A stretch of 64,000 nucleotides of DNA from Zootoca vivipara (taxonomy: Eukaryota). Every line of letters starts with the position of its first letter. The first letter of the stretch is position 1. The stretch spans positions 73,842,001-73,906,000 of the forward strand of contig NC_083277.1 of the NCBI RefSeq assembly GCF_963506605.1, written 5' to 3'. The translations under genes were made by a program, and so were the position numbers. Shown here piece after piece: positions 24,855 through 37,155 of this stretch. The notes under the pieces were generated by a model, which worked only from the letters and a program-made list of their open reading frames with translations, ran no database searches and was not told where the DNA came from.

Positions 24855-26010
24855 ATGAATCAGGAAGCCCCTAGGTTAAATCTTGCCTCTGCCATGCACC
24901 CCCAAGGAGGCCATCAGAAAGCCATTCTCTCTCAGCCCGTCTCCCCATCTGCAACATGGGGAACAGCAATACTAACTTACTTCATAGCGTTGCTGCACAC
25001 CCTCTAACATGTTGAGTCCCAAAACTGGGATGTGCGTCTTCCTGTCTGTGCTCTTGTGTGAGTCATGTGACCTGCGTGAGATCACAGACCCTAAAAGAGA
25101 CCTTTTTTCTGGGCCATGCTCTCATAGTGCCCCCAAATGCACAATTTGGGGATCCATGTGAGATCGCAGCCCCAGAAAAAGTGCTTTTCGGGGTGAGATC
25201 TCAGTGCAAAATTACACAATATCAGACTCTCCAAGTCTCCCTGTTTTCCAGGGACGTCCTTGCTTTAGAGAAGCCATGCCGGTTTCTTATTTGATCCTGG
25301 AATGTCCCGCTTTTCCTTAGGACATCCCTATTTTCATTAGAGAAATGTTGGAGGGTATGGTAGGATGTCCCTCATTTTCACTGGCGGTTATGGAGTTATC
25401 CAACTCCTGAGCCATCTGAAAACAATCCTGCATAAGGAAGTTATTAAAAATTGTTTAATGTTTTATTATGTTTTTATATACCGTGTTTCTCCGAAAATAA
25501 GACACCGTCTTATATTTATTTTTCCTCCAAAAAACACACTATGGCTTATTTTCAGGGGATGTCTTATTTTTTTCCACCTCCTCCTGCCGTGGCTGGCATT
25601 TCTGCTGCGCCTATCACCATGTCTTATTTTCGGGGTATGGCTTATATTCATTGAATGCTTAAAAATCCTGCTATGGCTTATTTTATGACTACATCTTATT
25701 TTCGGAGAAACAGGGTATGTTGAAAGCTGCCCAGAAACGCTGGGACAACCCAGTAAGATGGGTGGGGTATAAACAGTAAAATAATCATTATGGAATGTGA
25801 CATCCTTATTTTCATTGGAGAAATGTTGGAGGGTATGCAATACCACAGCACCCAAAATGGCTTCCATGCTCTCATGGGAAAAAATGGGATGCCTCGGTTT
25901 TTCCGGGACATCCCAGGGTATGTTATTGTAAGGATTACAGGTAAATAATGCAGGGGAAGCCCTTTGGACACTTGAAAGCACTATACACATGTTAAGTATT
26001 ATTATAACTT
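24855..26010 (+). mobile_element. CORE/MIR-like SINE split by ~0.9 kb of nested DNA elements
   Basis: 5' part ctcagcc..ctccccatctgcaacatgggg..aatactaacttacttcatag (to ~24996) resumes at ~25920 with gttattgtaaggatta...aaagcactatacacatgttaagtattatt. Confidence 0.6.
25481..25715. mobile_element. Tc1/mariner (Tigger-like) MITE
   Basis: TA TSD; TIRs ccgtgtttctccgaaaataaga/tcttattttcggagaaacaggg. Confidence 0.9.
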
Positions 26011-27111
26011 TACAAGTCACGGAGCTGCTTCGTAGATGGTGCCTACGTTGATGTGCTTTTTTTTAATTAAACCAAATAACATATTTCATATACTTTTATA
26101 GCGCATGCTGCAAAGCAAGGAAGCACCTATTCAATCATCAAGGTAGGTGTTTAATACATGCATTCCTTGCCTTCTGCCTAACTAAGCTGGTCAAAGCGAC
26201 TTCACAAAGTGTGCCTGTTGCTCTTACATTAATTAACCTGGTCTGCTTTGCTGCTCTTCAGCAGCCTCAGGGGGGCTGGTTCTTCATCAAGCAGTCAGCG
26301 ATCACTCTGCCCTCCTGACGCCCCTAGAAAACGGCAAAAGCCAGGCAGCTACCTGCTGTCCCTTCATCAGCAGCTTTGAAACGGCAAGCCCTGGGGATCA
26401 ATGAGCAGCTTTCTAGCGCCTGCTGTGAACGAGGCAAACTTGAAGTAATTGAGAAGGGTTGCAATCCAGACACATTCTTTGAGCAGATCCAAAGGGCTGC
26501 ACATACCAAATGCGACGTCTGCTCTTTTCTATGTTATTTTATTCAGATAAATGTAACCCTCTTTACAGTACAGAGGGCTCCAAGTGTCTAATAAAAATAA
26601 CCCTTAAGTTGCATTTGACCTCCGCTATTCCATATTTCATACCGGGTTTTTTGTTTTTTGTTTGAACACTCCTAATATTTTTCAAAGGGCTTTGCTATCC
26701 GCGGGGTGGTGGGGTGGGGGCTTGGGGGAGCAAGCTGCTGCTGTTCAAATGAAAAAAGGTCAAAACACCCGGCTGGGTGTGTGTGTGTGAAACAGAGTCA
26801 CCCGCTTCCCTGAAATGTGGCAACCATTTATATATCTAAAAAGTTTATTTTTACAACGTTCTTGGTGGAGGAGAATCATCTGGAGGACGTTTTTAAAACA
26901 AATCCTAATTTTGAAAGCGTAAGAATCTTTGGGGATGAAATATGGATGTACTCATTTGTTCCAAAACTGCTTCTCCCTCCCGCATGTTTAATAAATGGCA
27001 AGATATTGTGCCTCGGTGTTTTCAGAGTCATGCTTGCGTGATGTGCCCTTGAGGGCATCAGTTCAAATCCTTCTGTTGTGATAAGGGGGAGCTGATGGTT
27101 GGGAGTAAGGG

Positions 27112-27300
27112 GAGGGGCTATAGCTCAGTGGGGGAACAAACGTGTTGCATGCAGAAGGTCCCGAGTTTAATTTTAATTTTCAGTTTAAAAGAGTCTCGGG
27201 TAGTAAGACTAGCAGCTATGACTTCCTGATGCCTTGTCAGTCGGAGCACCTACATACTGAGACCAACAGACCCGTGAACTGACTCAACATAGGCCAATTT
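27112..27300 (+). mobile_element. Degenerate tRNA-derived SINE (Squam3-like)
   Basis: ggggctatagctcagtgg...gcatgcagaaggtcccgagttt head. Confidence 0.6.
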
Positions 27301-27327
27301 CTGCTGGATGTAGAATAAGAGCCTGTT

Positions 27328-27548
27328 CAGTGTAGTGGTTAGAGTGTTGGACTAGGACCTGGGAGACCAGGGTTCTAATCTCCACTCAGCTATGACACTC
27401 AATGGGTGACCTTGAGCCAGAACTTTCCCCTCAGCCTAGCAAACCTCACAGAATTATTGTGAGGATAAAATGAGGAGGCAGAAAACCATGTATGGTACGT
27501 TGAGCTCCTTGGAGGAAAGGTAGGATAGAGATGTAATAATAATAATAA
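27328..27548 (+). mobile_element. CORE/MIR-like tRNA SINE, near full length
   Basis: A box gtgtagtggttagagtg, B box ggttctaatc, core gggtgaccttgagccag...ctcagccta..cctcacag..ttgtgaggataaa, (AAT)n tail. Confidence 0.8.
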
Positions 27549-27949
27549 CATTTGGCATTAAGGTGGAAATGAACAAGTTACCTGCAAAGGAGGAAGAAAA
27601 ATCTCCACACACTTCCTTATTTTCTCCTCAGAAAGATATCCAGGAATTGCTTGCAGCTCCTTCTTCCTAAACTTGCCTGGTTGGAAAACTGGCCCCAAGT
27701 ACTCAGTCTCAGTCTTTGTAGATGTTTCTTTGTCAATTCATCTTTGCAGTGAACATTTCCACAGCCGCCTCCAATGCTCTGAGGTACCAAAGGAAGGTTA
27801 TTCAGCAAGGTTATTTGATAATCTCCCAGGCGATATTTGCAACAATTCCCCTGGATGCATTCCTTCGCCTCCTCAATAGATCTCCTGGGAGAAAAGAGTG
27901 TCTCCAGATAAGCTTGATGGTAATGGAGTCAAACAATGTCCCTGAGGTC

Positions 27950-27991
<42 letters not shown>
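27950..27991. repeat. (AAT)n microsatellite
   Basis: Direct tandem array. Confidence 0.95.
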
Positions 27992-27993
<2 letters not shown>

Positions 27994-28962
27994 GCTGTGG
28001 CTTTGGAGTCCAAAATCGGCTTCCTTGAATAAATAAGCTGCCTTTGCCCATCTGAGAATGAATTTTCCCAGGGAAATTTCTACAGTTTCGGCATATCTAC
28101 CTTTTCTTCTGAACACAGTATTTGGCTTAGCTCTGCTTTAACATCCTGTTTCTCCTCGAAACAAACACTACTGTGTTGGCTCAGGCCTTCTCTCCCCGTC
28201 CAACAGTGAAGGCGGCAGGATGGGAACGGCTTTTGTTTTGGAAAGTCATGCTTTCACAGTACGTTGAGAAAGCAGCCCGAGAGCAAGCGATCCATTGGAT
28301 CCTACAAAAACAACGGCCGTGTAATTCAATTCCATAATGCCGCAAGTTGTCTCTGTATCCCCTTAACAGACTTGGCAGAATGAGGACAATACCACAAGGG
28401 CCTCCAGGTCACTATCTGTGTGAATCATAAAGGATTATGCCAAAACCTTGTCTAAAGAATAAGTCTTGGAAAAAATTACTCAAGAGTTCCAGATGTTAAA
28501 ATATCTGGGTGTGTTTGCTTTGTGTGTCAGTTCTCTGAGGTTTTTTAAGGTGAAATGCATTTAAATAATGGGAAGATAGGAAGCTGGTCTCATTTAACGA
28601 ATTCTCCTGTTTGTTGATACTTTCTTTGAGTGAATGCAGCCTTAGCATATTTCCGGAGTATGATGTTGTAACTTGTAACTAAGAGCAGCAGTGTCTTCAA
28701 ATGTTACTTGTTGGCTTTCAGAGAAAGTGAGAAGTGCAGTGACATAATACCACAGACTGAAATACAAACTAAGCCCACATGTACAAATGTACAGTGGCTG
28801 CGAATACATCTCCCAAGTGTGAAGCAGGATTTTTCCTCCTGGCACTTGTAAGAAGCACATCCGAGAGGTAAGGGAAGGGGAAGAAAGAGAGAGGAGATTG
28901 TCCTTGTTCCTGCTTGCTTGGAGATGGGTGATTCTGTAAGTTTCAGTTTCTCATTGTTTCTA

Positions 28963-29248
28963 CAGTGGTGCCTCACTTAACGAATGCCCTGCTTAACGAA
29001 ATTTCCGCTTAACGAAAGGATTTTTCGAGCGGAGGTTGCCTCGCTAGAAGAATTCGTTTTATGAAAAATTCGTCTAGCGAATCGCGGTTTCCCATAGGAA
29101 TGCATTGAAATTCAATTAATGTGTTCCTATGGGCAAAAAAAAAAATCAAAAAAAATTCAATGCATTCCTATGGGATTCGCTAGACGAATTTTTCATTATA
29201 AGAAAAGACCCATGGAACGAATTAAATTCGTCTAGCGAGGCACCACTG
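28963..29248. mobile_element. Tc1/mariner (Tigger-like) MITE
   Basis: TA TSD; TIRs cagtggtgcctc/gaggcaccactg; internal palindrome cccataggaatgcattgaa/ttcaatgcattcctatggg. Confidence 0.9.
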
Positions 29249-30469
29249 TACCTTTATTTTAGTTGTCCATGTTTCCACAAAAGTTTGATGATTCTTAAAG
29301 AAGTCCTTGTGAAAACTCACCAGCATTTTAGGTGTGAATTTGTTCTAATATGTATGCATTTTCACTAATATATGCATTTGTTTGTTTGTTTGTTTGTTTT
29401 GCACACATTGCGTAGCTAGAGAACTACAAAATTCAGATAAGTGTGGATTTTGAAAGATAGCTTTGCTTTGGTTCTTGTGATGTTTTGGAAAGTGCAAAAT
29501 ACGAAAATTTGCCTTTACATGGGAAATAAATACACACACACTGCCCTATTTCTACTCTTGTTGAGGTATATAAACTGCCACCACTTCCCAGGTGGGTTAA
29601 TTGTTTTGAGAGGGAAGCGGGCAGAGGTAGGTGGTTTGTTAAGATCATATGGGCTTAGAAAACAATTATTTGCAGTTTTTTGGGGGAACAGCTAAGATCA
29701 CTTCCAAGTCAAAAGGTGACAAGTTCACCCACGCAGAATTTAAAGCTGGCATTTGTGATGAGGCATGTGAAACTAACCGAGAGCACAAAATAATCTTAAA
29801 TTTAACAATGGTAACCCAAGTGGGCCATTCCAAGAAATGTGAATGAGAATGGACTGATGCGATGAGCATGACCATGCTATGATCAATCTTTCCTTCTTAG
29901 TTTAATTGCTTTTAGCCAAAATACTTTTTTATTTATTAACAAAAAAAGTTGCAAAAAAAACCCCAACAACCCAAAAAGAAAGAAAACAAAGAATCAAAAA
30001 TGTGAGCCATAAAGTGTTACAGGACAAAAATACAAAGATGTGGCACTCCACTTTCCTTCTCTTGTTTGGTTTTAGAAAAAAGAAAAAAATGCTCTAAAAC
30101 AGAAATGCACATAATATTGTATATTGCCAAGCACATCTACAGAGAGAGAGAGAGAACACTGAAATTTGCAGAACATTGTGGAACACATTTAAGTGTGAAT
30201 AACCAGTATGAATGGTGTCCCACCAAGTTGACTTGCAATGTAAACAAAGGGATAAGTCAGAAATCAACTGATGTTACTTTTTAGGATTATGAAATAATCA
30301 CATTGATATACTATGAATGCTTCTTAATAATGAAAACTCCAAGTGAAAAGTAATGTAGCAACTAATAATGACTTGTGTGTTGCTAAAAGTGACAAAATCT
30401 GGCACTTTCTGAATGAGATTTAGCTCCAATTCAAACCTAGATTATTGATTCATATTTTTCTTAAATGCC

Positions 30470-30630
30470 ACATGTTGACACTCATCTGCCTCGGGAGACG
30501 ATGGAAGAATTAGCCATCGGGGGTGAAGTCAAACCATTGGAGACTTACAGCACCTGCTGAGGCTGTAGAGACCAATATGGGAGAGACATGTTTTATTACA
30601 GGTGGGGCAGATGAAGGCACCTGGTTTTGC
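30470..30630 (-). mobile_element. RTE-clade LINE 3' end fragment
   Basis: Reverse-complement similar to 39950-40135 (ccttcatctgcccc..ggtctctacagcc..tttgacttca..ttccatcgtctcccgag). Confidence 0.7.
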
Positions 30631-30647
30631 TGCTACAGGTGCACCAT

Positions 30648-30785
30648 CAGGACTTTTTTTCAAGCTGGAACTCGCTGGAACTCAGTTCTGGCACCTCTCA
30701 GGCAGGCGCTATTTCTATTGTAAGAGAAACAAGGGAGGTGGTCATGGTGAGTTCCAGCACCTCTTTTTCTAGAAAAATTGCACTG
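30648..30785. mobile_element. hAT MITE
   Basis: Ends caggactttttt/aaaaattgcactg; perfect 8-bp TSD tgcaccat. Confidence 0.85.
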
Positions 30786-33700
30786 TGCACCATGGAATTT
30801 CTTCTCTCCTCCCAGTGGTCATTCCTCCTTTGGTCACTGCTGTAGATACCTGACTGTCTGTCTCCAGGCATTGTGCTCATCTGCAAGGTTTCCCACATGG
30901 CAAGGTTAATGTTGCCAGCCTTCATGTTACGTTTGCAGACATCTTATTGATAAGTAGGAAATGTATATTCCGTGGTGCAATAGGCAAAGCCATAGACTTC
31001 CAGCTTTTCTGTTTATGACCTCGTTGAGCTCTTTTTGCATCCCTGCTCCAGAGGGACATGGTGATATCATGACACTACACGAATACAGTGCTTTCCCTGT
31101 ACGCACACATTTGTTAAAAGGCCCAGTGGAGCCTCTGAACGGGGACTGCATATTTACCCACCCACAAGATCTGAGTACATGTTCAGACCCGGGGAGCAAA
31201 TCCTCTCTAACTGGAACCCCAGAATTTGGTGCATATTCCGTTTGGGGAGATGTCTGGAGGCATCCCCAGTCACACAGGCCCCTTCATAATAATATGCTAT
31301 GCCTTCTGCTTCAAGGAAGTATCATGCCCTGTTCACCTTGCTTGATTTTGTCCAAAAAGGACATTTACCTAAGTATAGTCTAGATTGGGGGTGCCAAAGA
31401 ACAGGGAAAACAATGTACATGAATTATGAGCAAGATAAACTAGACCTACTACTCTGAGAATGAATCAATATTGTAATTAAAACATCAAAGGCAGTTCAAA
31501 TAAATCTAAGCTCTGTTTAGAAAGCAGATGCCAGGAACATCTTTTCCATTTTCGTGGTGTTCTCAGTTTGCTTTGCACACACCCATCACAGAGTGTCAAT
31601 GCCCTGAAATTACCTAGCGTAAAGAGGGTATAGGGCATTTTGCTGCCGCCGCTGCCACCGCCATCCAAAGCCAGCTATGTTTCAAGTGTCTCATAAAACA
31701 CAGAAGAAAAGAAACATGATAAATTAGGCATCCATCCCAAGTGGATGTTTTTCTATCCAAATTCAACCCCTAAAGGAATGTTACGCGCATAGATAAACAA
31801 AGGAAGAGAAAGGGTGGGGATATGTTAGAATGTAACAGAACGCAAATTGCAAGCTATGAATGAAATCAAGTCACAACAACTTTGCCGTTAACAATTTCCA
31901 TATTTGGTGTGCTCTGCTGTATCCAAATTTACCTTTGCCCAAAGTAAAAGTGGGTGAACCTACAGTTGTTGCAGCAGAATTTATCCAAGGTCTACCATTC
32001 ACTTATTGTATCAAAAGTTGAGTGCAAACTCAAGGTGAGGTTGATGTGAATAGCCAACACAAGGGGGGATGAATGACCAGCAAAAAGAATATTGCTGGAT
32101 CATTAGGAAGCTCAAGAACGTCTTTTCTGATAAAAAGGGAAGTATGCTTTGTCATAAATAGCTGCAAAGTGTTCTGTGTCCAGATCACAACCCAGAAAGA
32201 AAACAGGAGCAAATTGTTTCAAAAGTCCTTCCCAAGGCAACCCACCAAGTGGCAGATGCCAGGAGGTGAGGACTGGCGGAAAGTTGTTGGACAGAGCTCT
32301 GTATGGCCTGCATTAGCATCAGCTTGTGCACTTTCCTTGGGCACAATGTAGGATGCTGAAGTGAGAGTTCCCTCACAGTCCTTATGGGTCTTGTCTTGTG
32401 CACAGAACGGAAGCAGGCTCCATATTTCCAGGCAGCAAAAATATCATAGGCCAGCCCTGCAGGTGTCGATATGTTACCTTCCCGCAAAAGTTGACAGTTC
32501 ACTGCCAAAGAACCTGGCCCTAATTCACACAATCCACAACACAATTGAGCTCAAGCCATGTGTTGTTTTTTTATTCACTGTATTCCCTCAAAGTCAACAG
32601 AACAAAGAAATAGAATTATCAGCAACTATAATTTCAACAACGTTACACTCCACATATTATTATGTAGTAGCGTTCACAACAACAAAAAGTGCTGCTTAGA
32701 ATATTTGAAAAGAAAAACAAACCTTTGCCGAAGCTGAACATATCTGATGAGGTGTGTGTGTTTTTTTCATATTGCGGAGCCAACCACTGCTCTTATATCG
32801 CTAGATGGACCCAGCAAATGAATCCCCGTTTCCTGGAGTGGAATCAATGTAGCTGCACACATTTGTAAATGAGGTCATGGCAGTCACCCAGAGACAGCGA
32901 CATGCTTGGAATCTGAAATGAAGGATTCTAATGCTCAGGAAGTCGAAGAGGCAGCCCCCAAAGGTGTCTGCAGACAAGCTCTCTTCACGATGCTAGCTTG
33001 TGCCTGACTTGATCAAATTATTTTTCGGGGTGGGGGGAGTTGTGAATGATTTGCTGTAAACTAGCAGGTTCCTAGAGGTCATGAACACAAGGAGGAGTGA
33101 GGGTGGAGGATACACTGCTGCCGTCAACCACAAGCAGCTGTTGCAGCAATGCCGGCTAAGCCAAAGAGACTTGTAGTGAAACTTTCGGGGAATGTCTGCA
33201 ATGTCTTAGCTTGGCCCATGCAAATGATGGTTGTCCATTAATGTTGCATAGAATTGCCAGTAATTAGAACATCCCTGGTAGACCACCAACATTATTAATG
33301 CCTGTTGTGATTGTTTTATAAGACAATAAGTCATTCCTGCATGACTCTAATGCTGCTGGAAGTTCTGAGCTCATAGCTTGGGCTACAACAGCTATGAAGA
33401 AGATGGTCTATCTGAGGAAGATGTTTCCCTTCTTGCCCTTTCACGGTTGCATTATCCCTCCGAAGCCAGCATCGTTTGAAATCAGCTCGCTAATATCTTA
33501 TCTTTAATAGCCTTCTAAAAACAGACCAAAGGGGACTTTGCAAAGTCAAGACGGCAGTCATCACTTCACGTTTAACTGGCCAGCTCACTTGGCCCTCCTT
33601 AAAGGACGCAGAGCGTGCAGCTCACAAGTCTGTGCGCCTTCTCAGAAACCTATCGTGCAACATGTAAAAATAAGAAGGTGTCTGCAAAATGAAAAGTGCT

Positions 33701-34894
33701 TCTTGCTCAGACGTTACTGAATGTCTCTCTGGCATCTATTTTCAGCTTGGGGAAGCAAGTTAACAACATCCAATATTTGTGCTTAGGTCACAAAGGCAGG
33801 GTCAGCCTGGCCATTGGGAAGAACAAGGCAGCCATCTCCAGACACAGATTTGGGGGCCATGAAAGTGCAGCCAAGAGGAAGTTCCTGAATGTAGCATTAA
33901 AAGGTTCAATAAGTTGGAATTAATTCTCACTGATTTTAAAGGGCAAGTGCTAATAGAAGTCCTTGACTTTGACAAGATTATGCTTGGGTGTTTTCACAAA
34001 AGGGGAAATTAATTAGGAATGTGTGAACCTGTCAATTTCAGATTCCCTCATTTTCCCATTGTTAGGTTCAGTTCATCACATTTCCATTCCACATCAGCAT
34101 GTTTATTATCTTATTTTAAAGTCCTCATGAAAATTCATCAGCATTTTAGTGAACATTTCTCTAAATCAGCGGTTCCCAACCCCACAACCCCCGATCCCTT
34201 GAAAACTGCTGATGGTCTTGGCAGACCATGTAATGATTTGTTTATTTTTTGCCCATTGTGGGAATTGTAAGCTGCTATATGGTTTTTAATTGTATTTTAA
34301 TTGTTTCTTTTATTTCTTTTATTTCGTTGTATTGCATTACCATTTGCATTCCATAAAATTCAAGTTATAATGCAATAAAATGCAATAAAAGAAACAAAAG
34401 AAGCAATAAAAATACAATCTAAAATTTTGGGGGGTAAACTGGTTCTGTGACAGCATAGATACACCCAATACGTGATTGTGAAAAGGAGTTTTTAAAAGAA
34501 AAATGAATATGTCATGTGCCAAACCCATTATATTTTTGTCATTTTGCTTTTATATGGCATAATAAATACAAAATTTACTGTTGCAAATCCCCCAAACACT
34601 GTTGTAACACTTTGGATGATTTATAAAAATTGCCTGCTAATAAATCAGATTCAAGGGTGGCTATTTTCTTGGAAGAAGAATGAAGAAGAGAGCATAACTC
34701 TTTATTATGCCCTTGGACAATAGTGTAAAAAAAAATGCCCTAAACTCCAAAAAACAGGATAGTGTGTCTTCTTGTACTCTGTGAAGTATCATGGACATTG
34801 ATGGTGCTATGTAAATAATAAGGACACTTTGTGTAAGTAGCAATTTGCCTCCTGCCAAAGACAAACAAGCCAGGCATAGAATCAATGGGATGCT

Positions 34895-34960
34895 TGGACC
34901 AACCAGTAGTTTAAGGACATTATGTGAGCTTTCAGGCTCCATAGACTGCTTCTTCAGACA
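34895..34960 (-). mobile_element. Degenerate PLE terminus with hammerhead remnant
   Basis: Minus strand TGT-CTGAAGA-AGCAGTCTATGGAGCCT-GAAAGCTC-ACA followed by ...ggttggtcc, the same layout as the 13.8-kb arm; stem II is damaged. Confidence 0.55.
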
Positions 34961-35861
34961 AAAAAACCCAATGTTCATAGTACAAAAGGTGGAGTGAAAG
35001 CACTTACATGCTCAGTTTGGTTTAGACAAAGAGCAGGAATAACTGCTTAATTAGCTTTCTCCATGGCCAAAAGTGTTGACGTCTTTCTGGTTCTCACACT
35101 GTAGAGCTGGAAGGATGCCCATGCAACACAATGGAGGAAAGGCATTAATCTACTTGTAAAGCTGACTAGATTTTGGGCCAGCACAGCAAGCTTTGCAATG
35201 GTAGATGATAGGAAGAAGCAATGGCCAAATATACACCACCACCATAGCCCCCCTCCCAGCTCCTAGTCTCTGTGGAATTTTCCATCATTTTATTTCAGTG
35301 AATCGCTTCTTCTTATTGAAAGTTTCCTTGCTTTATCTTAAGTATGAGCTACTTCTTTCTCTATTTTCAGAGGGAAGATAATACCATCTCATTGATTCTT
35401 CGTCTCTGCTTCTGTTGACCCTGCCAGAGAGATGCCAACAATTGGGATGGCTGGTTAGTTATTTTCTATTATGCAGCTCAGCCACCAGATGTCTCTATTC
35501 TTTATTTTATGTAAAACTAGAGGACTAAGCTCTGCTGAGATGGTTGGTAAGGGTTGTAAGGGAAAGGGGAGCTCTGCCAATTTCTTCTTCATCATCACTA
35601 TCATGCTTGTAATACAAAGGGTCGAGCAAATGCTTACATTCTATGTTCGATGTAGGCAAAGAGCAGGAATGTGTGGCATTTAATCAAATTCAGTGCCATG
35701 GGAGTGTATGTGTGTTTGGAGATGTTCCAAAATACATTAAGTAAACTTTTTATAGCATGGAAAGCCAATTTGGTGCCCTCCAGATGGTTTCGGACTACAG
35801 CACTCATCAGTGCCAGCTAGAACGGTCAAAGGTTAGGGGTGATGGGCATTGTAGTCCAGCA

Positions 35862-36050
35862 ACATAAGAACACAAGAAGAGCCTACTGGATCAGGCCAGC
35901 AGCCCATCTGGTCCAGCATCTTGTTCTTACAGGAACCAACCAGACGCCTGTGGGAAGCCCACAAGCAGGACCAGAGGAATACCTACGCTCCCTTGCGCCC
36001 TTGGCAAGGAGATAGATCAGTAGCCCTGTCCTTTGCATCCCTGGCAAGGT
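35862..36050 (-). mobile_element. CR1 LINE 3' end fragment
   Basis: acataagaacacaagaagagcctactggatcaggccagcagcccatctggtccagcatc. Confidence 0.75.
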
Positions 36051-36339
36051 ATAAGCACCACCAAAGCTGGAAGAGTCCATGGACTAGAAACTCAAAAAGC
36101 TTGCTTTTCATCGCCTTTCTCACTTCACCAGTGACTTACTCTGCGACCATGGGTCAGGACTGCTCTGCTCCATCTCTCCTCCTTCTCCTTCGTCAGGCAG
36201 GCAGTCTGCCTGCCTGCCGTCCTGCCTTCCTGCCCTCTCAGAACAATGGAGGAGCAGCCCAGGGAGCATGTGGAGGAACTGACGGAGGTGGGGAACGCTG
36301 AATAATTTTGGGGTCTTCTTAAAGAATGCTTGACAACTT

Positions 36340-36530
36340 CCAGGGTGTCCTGGTATTTACTTTTTGAAATATGGGAACCATATCTTAACCAACCCCCTAG
36401 GTATGCCCCTGAGCAAGACCTAAGCAGAAGACCACTCTCCCCGTCTGCAGTTTCCAGCAACTGGTACTCAAAAACATTTATGCCACTGATCATGGAAGCA
36501 GAGCGTAGCCATCATGGCCAGTTGCCATGC
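36340..36530 (-). mobile_element. CR1 LINE 3' region fragment
   Basis: agcaagacc...gtttccagcaactggtactca..gccactgatcatggaagcagagcgtagccatcatggc, similar to the other CR1 copies. Confidence 0.55.
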
Positions 36531-36627
36531 AATGGAAGTACTATATTGGCTGCCCTCTGTTTTATAGATTCAATATAGATTCAATGAACAAGAATAGTAC
36601 TAAAGGCCAACCATTTGAGATAATAGG

Positions 36628-36629
<2 letters not shown>

Positions 36630-36666
<37 letters not shown>
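36630..36666. repeat. (GT)n microsatellite
   Basis: Direct tandem array. Confidence 0.95.
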
Positions 36667-36668
<2 letters not shown>

Positions 36669-36813
36669 TGACTGTGTCAGACCAACACGGCTACCTACCT
36701 GAATCTCATACTGGACAATTAGATATTACAAGACTAACAGCACAATTCTAACTATTTCTACTCAGAAGTAAGTCCTATTGAATTTACTCCCAGGGAAGTG
36801 GTAGATTTAACTT

Positions 36814-37155
36814 GGGACATGGGTGGCACTGTGGGTTAAACCACAGAGCCTAGGGCTTGCCATTCAGAAGGTCAGCAGTTCAAATCCCCGCGATGGGGTG
36901 AGCTCCCGTTGCTCGGTCCTAGCTCCTGCCAACCTAGCAGTTTGAAAGCACATCAAGTGCAAGTAGATAAATAGGTACTGCTACAGCGGGAAGGTAAACG
37001 GCGTTTCCGTGTGCTGCTCTGGTTCGCCAGAAGCGGCTTAGTCATGCTGGCCACATGACCTGGAAGCTGTACGCCGGCTCCCTCGGCCAATAACGCGAGA
37101 TGAGCACTGCAACCCCAGAGTTGGTCACGACTGGACCTAATGGTCAGGGGTCCTT
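36814..37155 (+). mobile_element. Sauria SINE, near full length
   Basis: Head gggacatgggtggcactgtgggttaaaccacagagcctagggcttgcc..ggtcagcagttcaaatcc, body ..gcaagtagataaataggtac..ggccacatgacc.., end ggacctaatggtcaggggtcctt. Confidence 0.92.

Noticed and set aside
25466-26020. Longest ORF (184 aa, minus strand)
   Set aside because: It runs across a MITE and nested repeats. Its internal KIRH/KISH repeats come from TIR and subterminal repeats, not a protein family.
27575-27950. Possible exon around ttcctcctttgcag/gtaac on the minus strand
   Set aside because: No frame stays open with a recognisable product, and the splice-like signals abut each other.
30961-31383. 140-aa ORF in non-repetitive DNA
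   Set aside because: No recognisable domain or convincing splice context; the length is compatible with chance in 64 kb.
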